Positions 25,721-39,031 of a stretch of DNA of 64,000 nt are shown piece by piece. The notes under the pieces were generated by a model, which saw nothing but the letters and a program-made list of their open reading frames with translations, was not told the DNA's origin and searched no databases. The DNA comes from Lama guanicoe (lineage: Eukaryota). A program made the translations under genes and the position numbers. The stretch's first letter is position 1; every line of letters begins with the position of its first letter. The stretch covers positions 11,166,645 through 11,230,644 of the forward strand of contig MU057332.1 of assembly GCA_013239625.1 (NCBI GenBank), read 5' to 3'.

Positions 25721-27379
25721 CATTTCAGGTTAAAAATTTTTTAATATAGTATCATGATAAAGAGGGACTGGGGAAACAACCTTAGACCAAGTGGGGAGAG
25801 AAAATAAAGGGGTTGGTATAAATAAATTAAAGAGTCTCATATGAAAATATTCCTTCTTATAAATCACCTGTCCTGAGTGGAGTGTTTGGGAGGGGGTCAC
25901 AGCTATTAAGTATGTTTTGAACAAACTATTGCAAAGCCGTAGACCACAAGTCAAACCATGCAAAGCTGCCAAGGGGCCTAAGTTCCAAATACATTCTCAT
26001 TCCAAGATGTGTATAAAATGAAGCATTTAAAAAAACTTGCAAGCAATGAGGCATTAAACTAGAATAAGTTATCTGCATTTAGCCATTTCGCAAAGGGATA
26101 CTCCACACATACCTGGTACATTTTCCTCGTGGTTAGCACTTTCTCATGTGATACTCTCCACTCTCCCCTCCGTGTGTCCAGTCCATCTTTACAGCTCAAC
26201 GTGTGTGTACCTCCTACAGTCTGTTCCTCCCCTGTCCTCTAGGGGATACTGAAGAGTGGTGCAAAGCTGGGAAGGCACAGAGGCCCTTGAATCAAGTACA
26301 ATCTCAATGTGCGTATTTTGGGTGTTGACTTTAATCCTGATATATATATATTTTAACAGTATATATATTTTAAATGCTCTGGAAAGGAGACATGAAGATG
26401 AAGTTTGATCTCTCTAGTGAGCCAGCTATGTAAAAACCGTGCTCAAAATCGAGAAGGACAAACAAGAAGGTATCACGCGTGCTCTGCACTTCACCCGTTC
26501 TCTTTCCGAGCATCTGGATCCTTTTATATACTATATTGTTACAGTGGGTGGTCTGGAAATTTTAGGGGAAGGCTGTAATGTTTGGTATGGGAGGCAGGCA
26601 TTCAGAAAGCTCGAGAGTGACGCTGTGGCTGCTTAACTGTAGAACAATAAACCTGTGATTAGCTGAACTCCGCTCAACCATCGTCCTCGTCATCACACAG
26701 ATATCAACACCGCCCTGATCCCCCGAGAAGGCTTTTGATTGTATGGGATTATCTGTTGGACAGTGCCCCTCGCAACCAGATCAATAGAGCAAACTTACTG
26801 GAATCATCTGCGGGGACAGGGAAGCATTTCTGTGATACGAAGCCAGTGGGGTTTTATGTGTACTTTGTTGTGAGGTCAGAGAAAAGACATTTTGGAGGGA
26901 ACTGAATTGAAGTTCCTGGACTCCGTGACTTCATCTGAACTACTTGAGATGATCCAGCACATACATTTTTTTTCTAGTTCTATCTTTGTCTTCTCAAGTG
27001 CTTATTTTTCTATTAATAATATAAAACTAACTTAATTAATTAAAGGCAAAAATCCAGGTGGCCCTCACAGATCTACGAAATAACAATCTATAATTGTGTA
27101 ACTACATAATAAATCCTAGCTTCTCACTCTCCTTCATGATATAAACAGGGATGCATTCTCAGAAAAATCCTAACTGAAACTTGGCTTAGAGGAAACCAAG
27201 GGAACAGCCCAAAGAGCAGACAGTGGTATTTAAAAGGATGCTGCGGGGAACAGAAATGGCAGGAATGGGGAGGCGCCCGAGAGACTGATTTTGCCTGGGG
27301 AGCACGGTCTCACTTCTCACGATGCTGTCCAGCCATAAACTGGGCTACCTCCCCCATCACCATGAATGTCCAAAGCACA

Positions 27380-27490
27380 ATAGTAATGACCACAGTTTCC
27401 TATGTGCCAACCACTAGACCAAGCACTTTACATACACAGTCTCAGTTAATCCTCTTCAAAACCTCATGAAAGAGGTATGGAATTACTACC
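27380..27490 (-). mobile_element. MIR fragment
   Basis: tatgtgccaa...aagcactttacata...ttaatcctc. Confidence 0.6.
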
Positions 27491-29361
27491 AGCTCATAGG
27501 TAATAACAATTTATTGGGGGTACCATTTATTGCTCCCCACTGACCGCAGTTTGGTGAGATGATGACCGGAGCCTGAGCACATCCTGGATAACAGCTGAGT
27601 CTAACCTGCCTTATCGCCCCAGGCCCACCACAGTGCCTGGCGCATAGTAGGTGTATCATCTCTAGTAAACACATATATGAAAAGTTCTCTTTCTAGAGAA
27701 ATCAAGTTAGAAATTCCTAGATTTTTTAAAATCTTTATAGTAGTGGTCTTTTTAATATTAAAAAAATGGCCCTTGTAGAGTATTCCAAAAATACAAAAAA
27801 ATTAGAAAACAGAAAATAAAATGAATCTCACCATCCAGAAAGAACCACTGTAAAATGTTTTGATCCCATGTCCTTCGTAACATTAATAGATGTGTCTTAG
27901 CCCGTAACATAATAAAGCGTCAGTCAATTAAAAATAAAAAGGTCTGCTGAGCTGACCCCATTCTTACTAAATGAATAAAAGGAAATTCACCAAATAAAAT
28001 ATCTTGCAGATCAGCCAAGAATAACAGAAATACAGTAAGTGTATTATTCAAGTGATGTTCAGTGTGTTAAATGAAAAAAGAAAAAGAAAATTCTAACTTT
28101 CCACTGAGCTCCTTAGCAAAGAAAAACTGTATCTTTTGGAGACTTCAAGTCTCTTCACCAAGGGAAACAACCGCTTAACAGTATATAAAAGTAAATAAAA
28201 TCATTGTACTGTGTGAGGCCATTGCATATGTAAATGTAACAAAACTGATGTGATTTCTCTTCAGAATTCTAAACAACTAATTTAAGAAAATCCTGGGGGC
28301 AGGAGTCTTGAATTGCTTAGTGGCATCTAATGCATGATCTGAGTTTGAGACTGAAGAATTAAACATTAAATAAAGCAGATGAGTATCTTAAAACTTTCGG
28401 AAGAAGTGGAAAGAGGGATATGAACTCTCGCACACCCCATAAGCCGTATTTTTTCCCAAAGAATATGTTATTCATGTGCTCTGTACATTAGGTCAATTAT
28501 TAGTCACTTTCTTTGGAGGCTGACCAAGTACCTCCACCCTTCATTGCAGGGTGTGCTGTAATCATCCGTAGTAAGAATAGCAGAATCACGCTAATATGTG
28601 CTGAAGACTGAGGATACAGCCCCTGGAGGTTTTGACAACACATTTCTACCACTGATTTACCACCCTTTTCATTTGCTTTTAAGCAACGGGGGAAAACGTT
28701 TCAAGTATCTCAGTAAATAAAGTGAAATATAAAGGAAAATGAGATCATTTCAGAAAACTTGGCTGAAATGAAAGCCTTTCAGCTATTTTGTGTCAACTTG
28801 AATTTCATAATATAAACACCTATTTTACTTGTCTCTCCACAGTTTCAGCAAGTCAATTATTTTTTAATTAGATTTTCTACTATAAGTTTAAACAAGACTC
28901 CCACCCACTTTTTTAAGACTTCAACATGGAAAAATCCTTGAATGTTGATATTAATCTTTCTATATCATCCAAAATTTAGTAAAGCATGTTTACTGTTAGT
29001 TTTTAACATCTTGTTAAGAACTGTTGTAATATAGACTTTGGGTTCATGTTTTATTAAGTTTATATAAAAAGAAAATGCAAATACAGCCAGAATTCTCCCT
29101 TGACACAGATGCTTAAAATCACAGACTGTGAGATCTGGAAGACACTTCAGAGATCTCCGAGTCTAATGCCCTGAATTTATAGATGAGCAGTTGGAGGCCC
29201 AGAAAGGTTAGAGGCCAAGAAAAACAACTGGTATCTAGACAATCGTGACTGTTGAGCAACAACCCAACAATTTTCAAAAACCAAAATATGCCCAAAGCAA
29301 TTTATGACAGGGTTACAAAAAATATCACATTTATTTTATTATCAGCATTCTGTCTCATAGT

Positions 29362-29530
29362 CTTGGTACTCAAAGTGTGGTCTGGTCTGTGGGTCAGCAG
29401 CATCGGCATTACCTAGGAGGTCGACAGAAATGCAGAACCTCAGGCTCTGTCCCAGACCTACTAAATCAGAATCCATGGTAACAGAATCCCCAGGTGATTT
29501 CTGTACATATAATAGTTTGAGAAGCATGAG
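29362..29530. mobile_element. MER5A1-like hAT-Charlie DNA transposon
   Basis: tactcaaagtgtggtc...cagcagcatcggcattacct...agaaatgcagaacctcagg...agtttgagaagca. Confidence 0.8.
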
Positions 29531-29635
29531 TCTACACTTGTACTACTCAAAGTCAGTTCTCATCAAAATTTGCAAGAACAGTTTGTGTCCAGTCTGTGAT
29601 GAGGTTAAGTACAGTGATTAAGATGTTATAAGCCT

Positions 29636-29822
29636 TTTGAAAGTTGCTCACCTAGTAAATTTTAAAAGTTCCCATCACAATAAAAAAAAAATTTGTAACT
29701 ATGTTTAGTGATGGATGTTAACTAGACATTATGGTGATCATTTCACAAATATACCAACATCGAGTCATTATGTTGTACACCTGAAAATAACATAATGTTA
29801 GGTCAATTATATCATAATTTTT
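29636..29822 (+). mobile_element. L1MA8/9-like 3' end
   Basis: tttgtaactatg...tgatggatgttaactagac...tgttgtacacctgaaa. Exact TSD core gttataagcct at 29625-29635 and 29828-29838. Confidence 0.85.
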
Positions 29823-31018
29823 AAAAAGTTATAAGCCTCTAGAAACTTTCATATCAATTTGACAGAGTAATTTTATATAAACTGAACCTATTTTAGAAAT
29901 GAATCTTATATTTGTATATTTTTGTGTATTTTTTCTGGTGATTCATTTTATTGTTCATAATAGATTGAAAATGATTTTTAAATGGAATGTCACTATACAA
30001 AGAGTAAGAAAGACTGTTCTATACCATCTTTCCTTCCTGTCTACAGGCTAATTTTAAAAAAAGACATCACTTGGCTCTCTTCACAACTTATTCCATGAGC
30101 CAGTACTACCCTGATACCAAAGCCAGACAAAAGCGTCACAAGAAAAGGACACTACAAACCAACATCCCTTAAAAACAGAGAAAAAAANNNNNNNNNNNNN
30201 NNNNNNNNNNNNNNNNNNNNNNNNNNNNNNNNNNNNNNNNNNNNNNNNNNNNNNNNNNNNNNNNNNNNNNNNNNNNNNNNNNNNNNNNNNNNNNNNNNNN
30301 NNNNNNNNNNNNNNNCATATTAATAAAATGAGGAACAAAAACCACATGATCATCTCAATGAATGCAAGAAAAGAATGTGATAAAAATCCTATGTCTATTC
30401 ATGATAAAATTCTTAACAAAATCTAAGTGAGTGAACTTTCTCAACCTACAGCTAACATAATAAATAATGGTGAAATAATATTTTCTTTTTAAGATTAGAA
30501 AGAAGGCAAGGATGTCTCCATCTGCCACTTCTCTTAAACACTGTATTGGGGGTTCTAGCCAGTGCAATAATGCAAAGAAAAGAAATTAAAAACATATAGT
30601 TTGTAAAGAGAGAAGTAAAATTATCTTTATTTGCTGAAAACACAAGCTTGTATGTATGAAATCCAAGCAATCTACAAAAGATTCAAGTTCAGCAAGGTAA
30701 AAGAATACAAAATTAGTATAAAAAGAGCAAACTTTTATTTATATATTAAAAATGAACAATCTGAAAATAAAATTTAAAAAACAATTCCATTCACAATTAC
30801 AATCAAAAATAGTAAAATTTATAGAAATAAATTTAACAACATAAGTGTGAAATCTGCACACTGAAAACTACAAAAAAAGTTATGAGAGTAACTGAAGAAC
30901 CTTTAAATAAGTGGAGAGACATTCTGTGTTCATGGAATGGAACATTCCAAAGTGTTAATAGACATTCCCCACAGACTGATCTATACATTCAATGTGGCTG
31001 CTATCAAAATCCCAATAG

Positions 31019-31187
31019 TTATACTGTATAGCACAGGGAACTATATTCAACATCTTGTAGTAACTTATGTTGAAAAAGAATATGAAAATGAGATATGTAT
31101 GTTCCTATGTGACTGAAGCACTGTGCTGTACACTAGAAATTGACACAACATTGTAAACTGACTATACTTCAATAAAAATATATTTTA
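31019..31187 (+). mobile_element. Young lineage-specific L1 3' end nested in the older L1
   Basis: Same 3' UTR as 2634-2808. TSD aaaatcccaa at 31006-31015 and 31188-31197. Confidence 0.88.
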
Positions 31188-31692
31188 AAAATCCCAAAGG
31201 GATTTTTTTGAAGAAACTGACAAGTTGAAGCTAAAATTGGAATATATGGAAATACAAAGGACCCAGAATAGTCAAGACAATTTGGAAAAGAAGAGTATAT
31301 TTGGAGAACTTCAAAACTTACTACAAAGCTACAGTAATCAATAGACTACGGTACTGGAGTAGGGATAGCAATATAGGTGAATGGAATAGAATAGAGAAGC
31401 CAGAAATAAACTCTTCCAACTTATAGTCAATTAATTTTCAAACAAAATGCCCAGGAAATTCAACAAGAAAAGTTTTTTTCAATAAATGGTACCAAGAAAA
31501 TTGGATATCCACATACACAAAAAGGAAAAATGACTCGTACCTGACCCCAGTCACAAAACTTAATTCAAAATCAACCAAAGACTTATGTAAACTCTAATTA
31601 AAACTATACAACTGCTAGAAGAAAACATAAAAGAGAAATTTGTAAGATCTTGGTTTAGGCAAGGAGCTCTTACATACAATTCCAAAAGCACA

Positions 31693-31698
<6 letters not shown>

Positions 31699-31760
<62 letters not shown>

Positions 31761-31841
31761 CTGATAAACTAGACATAGCCAAAATAAAAAACTTTTATAC
31801 TTGATAAACTAGACATAGCCAAAATAAAAAACTTTTATACT
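31699..31841. repeat. A60 homopolymer followed by a perfect 2 x 40-bp tandem repeat
   Basis: A run at 31699-31758. Unit tgataaactagacatagccaaaataaaaaacttttatact at 31762-31801 and 31802-31841. Confidence 0.95.
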
Positions 31842-33899
31842 TCAAAAGATACCATTAAAAACAAGACAGGTAACACTAGGAGAAAATATTTGCAATATCC
31901 GATAAAGGACTTGCATCAAAAATCATAAGGAACTCTTACAACTCAATAAGAAGCAGAAAAATAACCCAATTTTTAAAGGGGCAAAAGATCTGAATAGGAA
32001 TTTCACCAAATAAGACATATGAATAAGCAAATGAAAGAATGCTCAACATCATTAGTCATAAGAAAAATACACATTAAAACCACAATGAGATACCATTTCA
32101 CACCCACTAGAACAGCTACAATGTAAAAGACAGACAAGTGGCGGTGAGGATATGGAGAAACTAGAACCCTCATATGTTGCTAATGGGAGTTTAAAATGGT
32201 CCAACTACTTTGGAAAAAACTCAGCAGTTTCTTAAAAAGTTAAACATAAACTTAGCATATAATTCAGAAATTCCATAACTAGGTGTATACCCAAGAGAAA
32301 CTGACACATATAACCAAAGACTTGTACATGAATGTTCACAGCAGGGTTGTTAGCCCCAAACTGGAAATAATCTAAATGTCCGTCAACTGGTGAATGGATG
32401 AACAAAACGTGGTGTATTCATCCAATGGAACATTACTCTGCAGTAAAAAGGAACAAGCTACTGATACATGCTATGCATACTACAATATTATGTAAAATAA
32501 AGAAGCCAGATATGACTATGTATTATAAGATCCCATTTATGTGAAATGTCTAGAAAAGGCAAATCTATAGAGACATAAAGTAGCTTAGTGCTTGCTGGGG
32601 CTAGGGGCAGGGACTCTCTGAAAACAGACACAAGGGATCTTTCTGGGGGTGATGTTAATGTTCTAAAACTGGATTATGTGATAGGACATAACTCTAAACT
32701 TACTAAAGTATATTGAATGTTACACTTCAGTGAATTTTATGGTATATAAACTATACCTTCATAAAGCTGTTTTTAAAAAAATGAGTTGGCTCATCAATTC
32801 TTATATTGAGCAAAACAATGGTACTTTAGTACTGTCTCAAGCTTACAGCTAAAAGATGCACATGTTGTCAACTGATGGAGCCATATACAAAACCCCACAA
32901 GTCTGCAGTTAGATGTCCTAGTTCAAACTTAGCTCTACGGACTTACTACTCTCTTTGTGCATCTTACTTACTGGATGAGTAAGCTCTGTATTTCTAACCA
33001 CATGGGGCAGATAACTAATCCATTTTCCAATCGTATTTTTCTGTATTTCTAAAAATTCATTTTTTTCCAAACTGACCCCAGAACTTAAAACTTTGTTTGG
33101 GGCCTCTGTTACTATAAATGTTGGAAAAACTTTGAGAAGAACAAAGGAGGTGGGACGCGAGATGCTAGTATAACTTAAGAACATTAGAGTAAAAAAGTTA
33201 CCCTCAGAAGTGCTTGACTCCCTTGTACACCATTTCTTAAAATGTTTTCCCATCTCTGTTGAACACTTCGGGTAAAAGGAGGCTCACTATATTTAAAGTG
33301 GGTGGTTCCAAAAGCTGTTTTACCCACAAAGTCTGGCTTATTTTAAAGTCAGTTCTCAATCAGTTATTGAATCACTTGCACCATACTTATTCCTTTAAAA
33401 CAGAAAAACAATGTTGTTGCTATAAACAGAATTTCTGTTTATTCTGCAGCAGGGGAGCTAGAAAAAAAAAAAAGGCTTTCCGCCAGCGAAGGAGGGAGAG
33501 CTGGCGTTGGGTGTGCTGGCCCAAGCCAGACAGACTGGCCTCTGCTGGCCAGGCCGCAGGAGATGGGTGAGCAGGTCCCAGAAGAAAGGTGATTGGAAGG
33601 CATCCTGTCTGCAGATGAATGACTCTGTGTTTTAGACCTTCCAGAGCCTAAGGAAAATGGTCTGTTGACTAATGCTGAGTGTGAATTGTCTGCTGGACGA
33701 CAGAGATCAACATTCCAAGAGAAAGGCCAACGACCAGCATGAGCGAGCTTGGAGGACAATCAGAAAACAATAGCAATGCGCCCTTCAGGGGCAAACGCCA
33801 GGCTCCCACTGAGCCGCAGAAGGGCATCACGGGTATGGGAAGTCCAAGGTGAGTCCAGCATCTTAGTAACATCCATCAGTCTGATTTAAATAACACTTC

Positions 33900-34760
33900 T
33901 AATAAAAGTCAGGTACAAAGAAATGTAAGCTGAATCCTGGACTGTATCGCCCCCCACTACATATATCACTGGCTTAAATTAGACGCGGCAGAACAATGGT
34001 ACTTTGGTACTGTCTCAAGCTTACAGCAAATCCAAACTGGACTAGAGCATCAAACACATCTAAAAAAGTCAAACCATAAAAATAATCTGGAAGATAATAA
34101 ATCAAAATATTTATCAAATCTTTGGAAGCAAGAGGATTTAAAATCTGTAATCTCCAAAGCCATAGATGAAATCAGAAGGAAAAGATTCACAAGTAACATT
34201 AAGTAAAAATATCTGTACTCCAATAAAAAATAAAATGTCTGGAAAAATATTTAAAGTAAATAAGATAAAGATTTAAGAACTTAATTCTATAAAGAGCTGA
34301 TGGCTGTTGATGGAAATAAGCAAGGATTTATCTTCTTTTTGACTATTTAAAAAACTCGTATGGTGATAAGAACAAGGAGAAACCAGGACTCGGACACTCA
34401 GACGCACACATGACCACACTTGGCAGTCTGCGTCAAGGGCTTCAAGGTGCTCGTGATCATGACCAGATAATTTCACTCTATTCTAAATACCGAAGAAGCT
34501 CTACGTACAAAGATATTACGCGTGCCTATGTAACACGAAAAAATGAAAACTAATGGTAAAGACCAAATGTACAACAAAGTGGAAACAGGGTTATGTAATA
34601 TTTTTTAAAGTTTATATGTGGATAAACATGTAATACAAACTACATTTATATCCTGATTGCAAAGTAAATGACTATGTTAAGAAAAATAAAAACTAAAAGG
34701 AAATAAAATCAAGGAAGTACGAACTGTGATTATATTAGTACGTTAGGTAGTTTTAAAGTA
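33900..34760 (+). mobile_element. Highly decayed L1ME-like fragment
   Basis: A-rich ORF2-like remnants (aaaccataaaaataatctggaaga, ggaaaaatattt, taattctataaagagct); boundaries approximate. Confidence 0.5.
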
Positions 34761-35539
34761 GTTTTTAGGTAGTTTTAAGCAAAGAACTGAAATTTTAAAA
34801 AGGCTTCAGGGAAACATTCTGAACATTATAAATGAAAGCTTCTCACTGCTACAGCTACCAAGTTAATGAAAAGTAATATGATTTCTGTAAAAAAAAGACA
34901 TTATGTATAATTAATATTGATATTTGTGGGGGAGGGGGATTAGAAGAGGAAAGGTCAACCAACTTTGCAGTAAAATTTAAAATCTAAAGACTTTCACAAA
35001 ATCTCTGAAGAAGCACCAGACCAGAAATTTTAGAAAACTTTTTTTAAAAATAAGCAACGACTGAATTTGTTTGTTGGAAGTAAACAGAACAAAGAACCCT
35101 CAAACCCCAGGAATCAAAGAGATCCAAGGGGGTAGCACTGGGTTGTCTAAATTAGCCTTCTTTTCAAAATCTGGGGAGAAAGTATACAGCAAAATATCTA
35201 CACATTTACATATGGCCATGAGAGCTTCTGTACAGTGAAGTACAGACATGAAAAACTATAGGACAAATTCAGGACAATATTTACCTCTGGAGAGAAAAAG
35301 GCAAAGGAACCAGAAGGAAAAAAAAACAAAGAAAGACATCAGCTTTCTTTGGATAGGTTATGGTTTGTTTACGTCATATAGAGGCAAAATACATAAAATG
35401 CTAACTTCTGTTAATTCCAGGTGGAGAGTTCATACACGATTGTCCGATTATCCTCTGTACTTTGGTAAATTTGAAAAAAAAAAATTAAAAACGGTAGTCA
35501 AAGGGCATTGAATGTAGACAAAGCCAACCAGTTTTGGAA

Positions 35540-35770
35540 AAAATCTGTTAAGTGTGAAACAGCAGGACAAAGAGAGGAAGTGGGCAAGGTTCCTAGGCCA
35601 AATGAAGGGTACTTGCGGGCAGGGAGCACTGGGGGTGGAGCTGGGGAGGCAGGCAAGGACCAGATCATGAGAGGTCTTGTCTGCTAAGCTCAACATTATC
35701 TGAAAACAGAAAGCTAATAAAGCATTTCAATTAAGAAAGAAATCTTTCTTTGAGATCTATTTTTGGGGAT
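35540..35770 (-). mobile_element. L2 fragment
   Basis: gaggcaggcaaggaccagatcatgagaggtcttgt. Confidence 0.55.
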
Positions 35771-36611
35771 TGTCTTAAATAATTTTTGGAAGTTTGTATT
35801 TCTGCATGTACGTTTATAGCTACAGAGTCTGAATTTTGTGACCATTATGGCTCAGAATACATAACACAATTCAAGTTATGGGCTGGAACTTTCATATCTG
35901 TAGCTCATGTGATGAAGCCCATTTATCTCACATGGCCCAACAGATGACATCTAATCACATTCCTACACATTTCAAACACCGCAATTACTCCCAATATCCT
36001 AACAGAATCTAATACATCACAAATTAAACAATGCAGCTTATTATGTAATAAAAACAGAAAGCACAATGCCTATTATTATAAAAGGGTAGGCTTTTACAAA
36101 GCTAAGTGGATGGGCAGGGTATTAAATAAGCTTCAGCAAACGTGAAATCATAGTTCTAAGGACAATCATCTCTATTTCACTCCTGAGACGTGGCTCTCAA
36201 TTACGATTTGTAGCCCAGCAAGGAGATCGCAGATTCTCATCAGTCCCTTGAAGTCTGTCATGCTTCCTTTAACCAGATGCCTGGCAAACAACTAAAGAAA
36301 CCCTGCAAAGGAGGCTTCAGGCTTCTGACCGAGCCTGATCTCTCGGGAAAGACTTTGCTGGCAAGAAACCAAGGGCAGCACCATTCAAGGACTCTTCTCT
36401 GAAGAGGGCCAGCTGGACAGACAGGCCAGGACCTCACGGCCTTCTAGAAGCTGGCAATGGTCATCCCTCCCGGTAAATGCCCTGGCTCTGGGTTGGGCCT
36501 CGTCAGCCCGTCCGCTTGTCCCTAGTGCAGGGCTCGGGGCCCCCTGGTGTGGAGCTGGGGCCACAGGACTGGCTGATCCTCAGGCCCCGACACAGGCCTA
36601 CTCCCCCTACT

Positions 36612-37130
36612 TAATCATTCAGAACACATTGCTGAGTCCTTGCTATGGTCAGAAGCACAATATTAGACCCTCAGACACAAATGTAAGTAAGACAGAGCCT
36701 GTGTCTCGGGTGTACAGCGGAGATGAGGCAATAAGCACTTAAAGTGAAATGACGAGATGGATATTCTCATGGAAATGCATACAAGCTGTTCTGGAAACAC
36801 TGAAGGAGTCATTCTTCTGCAGGAGAGCCAGGAGGCAGCTCTCACATCCGGCAAGTCAGAAAGGATTTGTCAGACAGAAGGGTAAAGGCACAGGGCTGTG
36901 ACCAGGTATTGCATAATGTGAATTGTTGGGTGTGACTGCGAGAGATAAGGATGAAAAGGTCTATCAGTTCCGGATTGCAAATGGCCTGGTGGCTCCTGCA
37001 AAGGAGTCCAGGCTTTTTCCTGAAGACAGTGGGAAGCTGCTAATGCTCAGATGCATGTTTTTAAAATACCTAATACCTGCCCATTCAATAAATGTATGCT
37101 AAGCCCCTGCTTTGTGCAGGCACCATGTAC
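36612..37130 (-). mobile_element. L2 fragments
   Basis: aatcattcagaacacattgctgagt...aaggagtccaggctttttcctgaagacagtgggaagc; cattcaataaatgtat. Confidence 0.6.
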
Positions 37131-38429
37131 AGATACATCAACAACCTGAACACCTCCCATTCTTCTTGTCATTACAAAAAAGACAAATATATATTTAATG
37201 AGCTAGAAAATAGTCCAAGGAATGTTAAAATGATTAAGAACATGGGAAAGGCCAAGAGGATGCAGCGGCTTGCAGATGACATGAGAGCAGGACAATTAAG
37301 AGTCTCCCGCTTGGAAACTCAAGCAGGACAGAAAATAGCACCTGATTTTATGCAAATCTCTTTGCTTTGTTCAATTAATCTTAAGTATCAATTTAAATGA
37401 AAAAATATAGATGACAAACCCATCGTATATAAAGGTATTGATAATAAAACTACTAAAATTTGGAGGTTATACTAGATCAAATGAACAGCAAACCACCACT
37501 TTACCCAACAGCTAGGCATTCCTAGAGGCTGAACATACAAACAGGTTCCAGAAAAGAACAATGCAGATTACAGACTGGAAACAGTTTATGTGTCAGTAAC
37601 ATGGAAGGCAAGAATACTCTCTCAAAGATAACCCCTGCCCACAATCACAGAAGACAAAATTAGGCTGAAAGGACCATCATCCTAGCATAACCTCTACAGC
37701 CTACAACCAGCTACTTGTAAGCTAAAACAGACATCTCCACACTTCAAATAATGTGCTCTCAGTGAAACGGCAACCCTGCACTAGAGCTCTGTTAATCCTT
37801 CACTGAGGATATCGAGCTGGGAAGGGGCAAGCAGAGAGAAATAAAAAGGTAAGATGCTCATGGTGAGTGATCTCACCTATTTGTGGGAAGTATTATGAAG
37901 TCTCGGTGTATTTGTCTCACTCAATGAAAAACACCACGGAACACTTTGTAAAGCCCATGATTTTCAAATCACTCTCCATTTTTCTTACCTCCAAACTCCA
38001 TCTGCTCTGGTATCATCTCTCCATTCACAATGAGCTACCTACAGTTTCCCTGAGAATGGGGTTTTGTTCTTCCAGGCTATGTTTTCTTCTTTATCGGCTC
38101 CTACAAATCTTTCCAGGTTCCATAAATCCTTAATTTTCAACTCCAAAAAAATCTCCCTTGCCCTCTCAGTCTGATTTAAATGCTCTTGTTTCTAGGTTCT
38201 CATTGCACCTTGTGCACAGGTCTACACTCTGCCCTGAACACCCTCATTTACACAGTGACTCCCTCGTTTACAGGATTAGATTTGCCCCAGTGGACTGTAA
38301 ATTCCAGGAGTGCGGGAATCTTGTCTGTTGGTCTTTGAGGCCTGATAGATCCCAGTAAGTACTTGCTAGAAGAAGAAAGGGGAGGAGAAAGGAATGGATA
38401 AAGGAAAGACAGACTAACATGAATTTTTA

Positions 38430-38620
38430 GCTCATTCTTTCACTCATTCAACAAACTTTCATTGAGAGCCTACTACGTGTCAGACACCGCTCTGGTAGCC
38501 AAGGATACAACAAAGTAGCTGAAGGTGGGGGCAAAACAGTAATCCACGTCGTCATAACACGGTAGTGGAAGAGCTAGATCATAAAGAAGCAGTACAGCGT
38601 ATTAGGTGGAAAACGCGGCA
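38430..38620 (-). mobile_element. L2 3' fragment
   Basis: ctcattcaacaaactttcattgagagcctactacgtgtcagacac. Confidence 0.7.
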
Positions 38621-38891
38621 AGGAGAGCAACGAAGCAGAGGTGGATAAGGGGTCTGGAGGAGAGGGTTGCTGTGAAAAACAAACTACTACGCTTCCCATT
38701 CAATGCCTCTCCATCAATCTTTATTATTTTTATTTCCCTTCAAACAAGGAATTCATGCTTTCCTTCTTCAGCCTCCCTTCCAATGGCAAGTCTTTTAAAG
38801 CTCATAATTCTCTAGTCATTTTTTTTAACCTCAGCCTTTTTTTCTGATGCCCAACATCAATTGGGCTATAAATCTGTCGTATACTACTACC

Positions 38892-39031
38892 NNNNNNNNN
38901 NNNNNNNNNNNNNNNNNNNNNNNNNNNNNNNNNNNNNNNNNNNNNNNNNNNNNNNNNNNNNNNNNNNNNNNNNNNNNNNNNNNNNNNNNNNNNNNNNNNN
39001 NNNNNNNNNNNNNNNNNNNNNNNNNNNNNNN
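38892..39031. other. Assembly gap
   Basis: Run of N. Confidence 1.

Larger units (their letters stand above)
30078..32780 (+). mobile_element. Old 5'-truncated L1 (L1MB-like): decayed ORF2 3' part plus 3' UTR; contains a gap at 30188-30315
   Basis: ORF2 remnants such as accctgataccaaagccagacaaa, aaaaaccacatgatcatctcaat, tactacaaagctacagtaatcaa and aaaaccacaatgagatacca. TSD atcacttggctc (30066-30077) and atgagttggctc (32781-32792). Confidence 0.9.
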
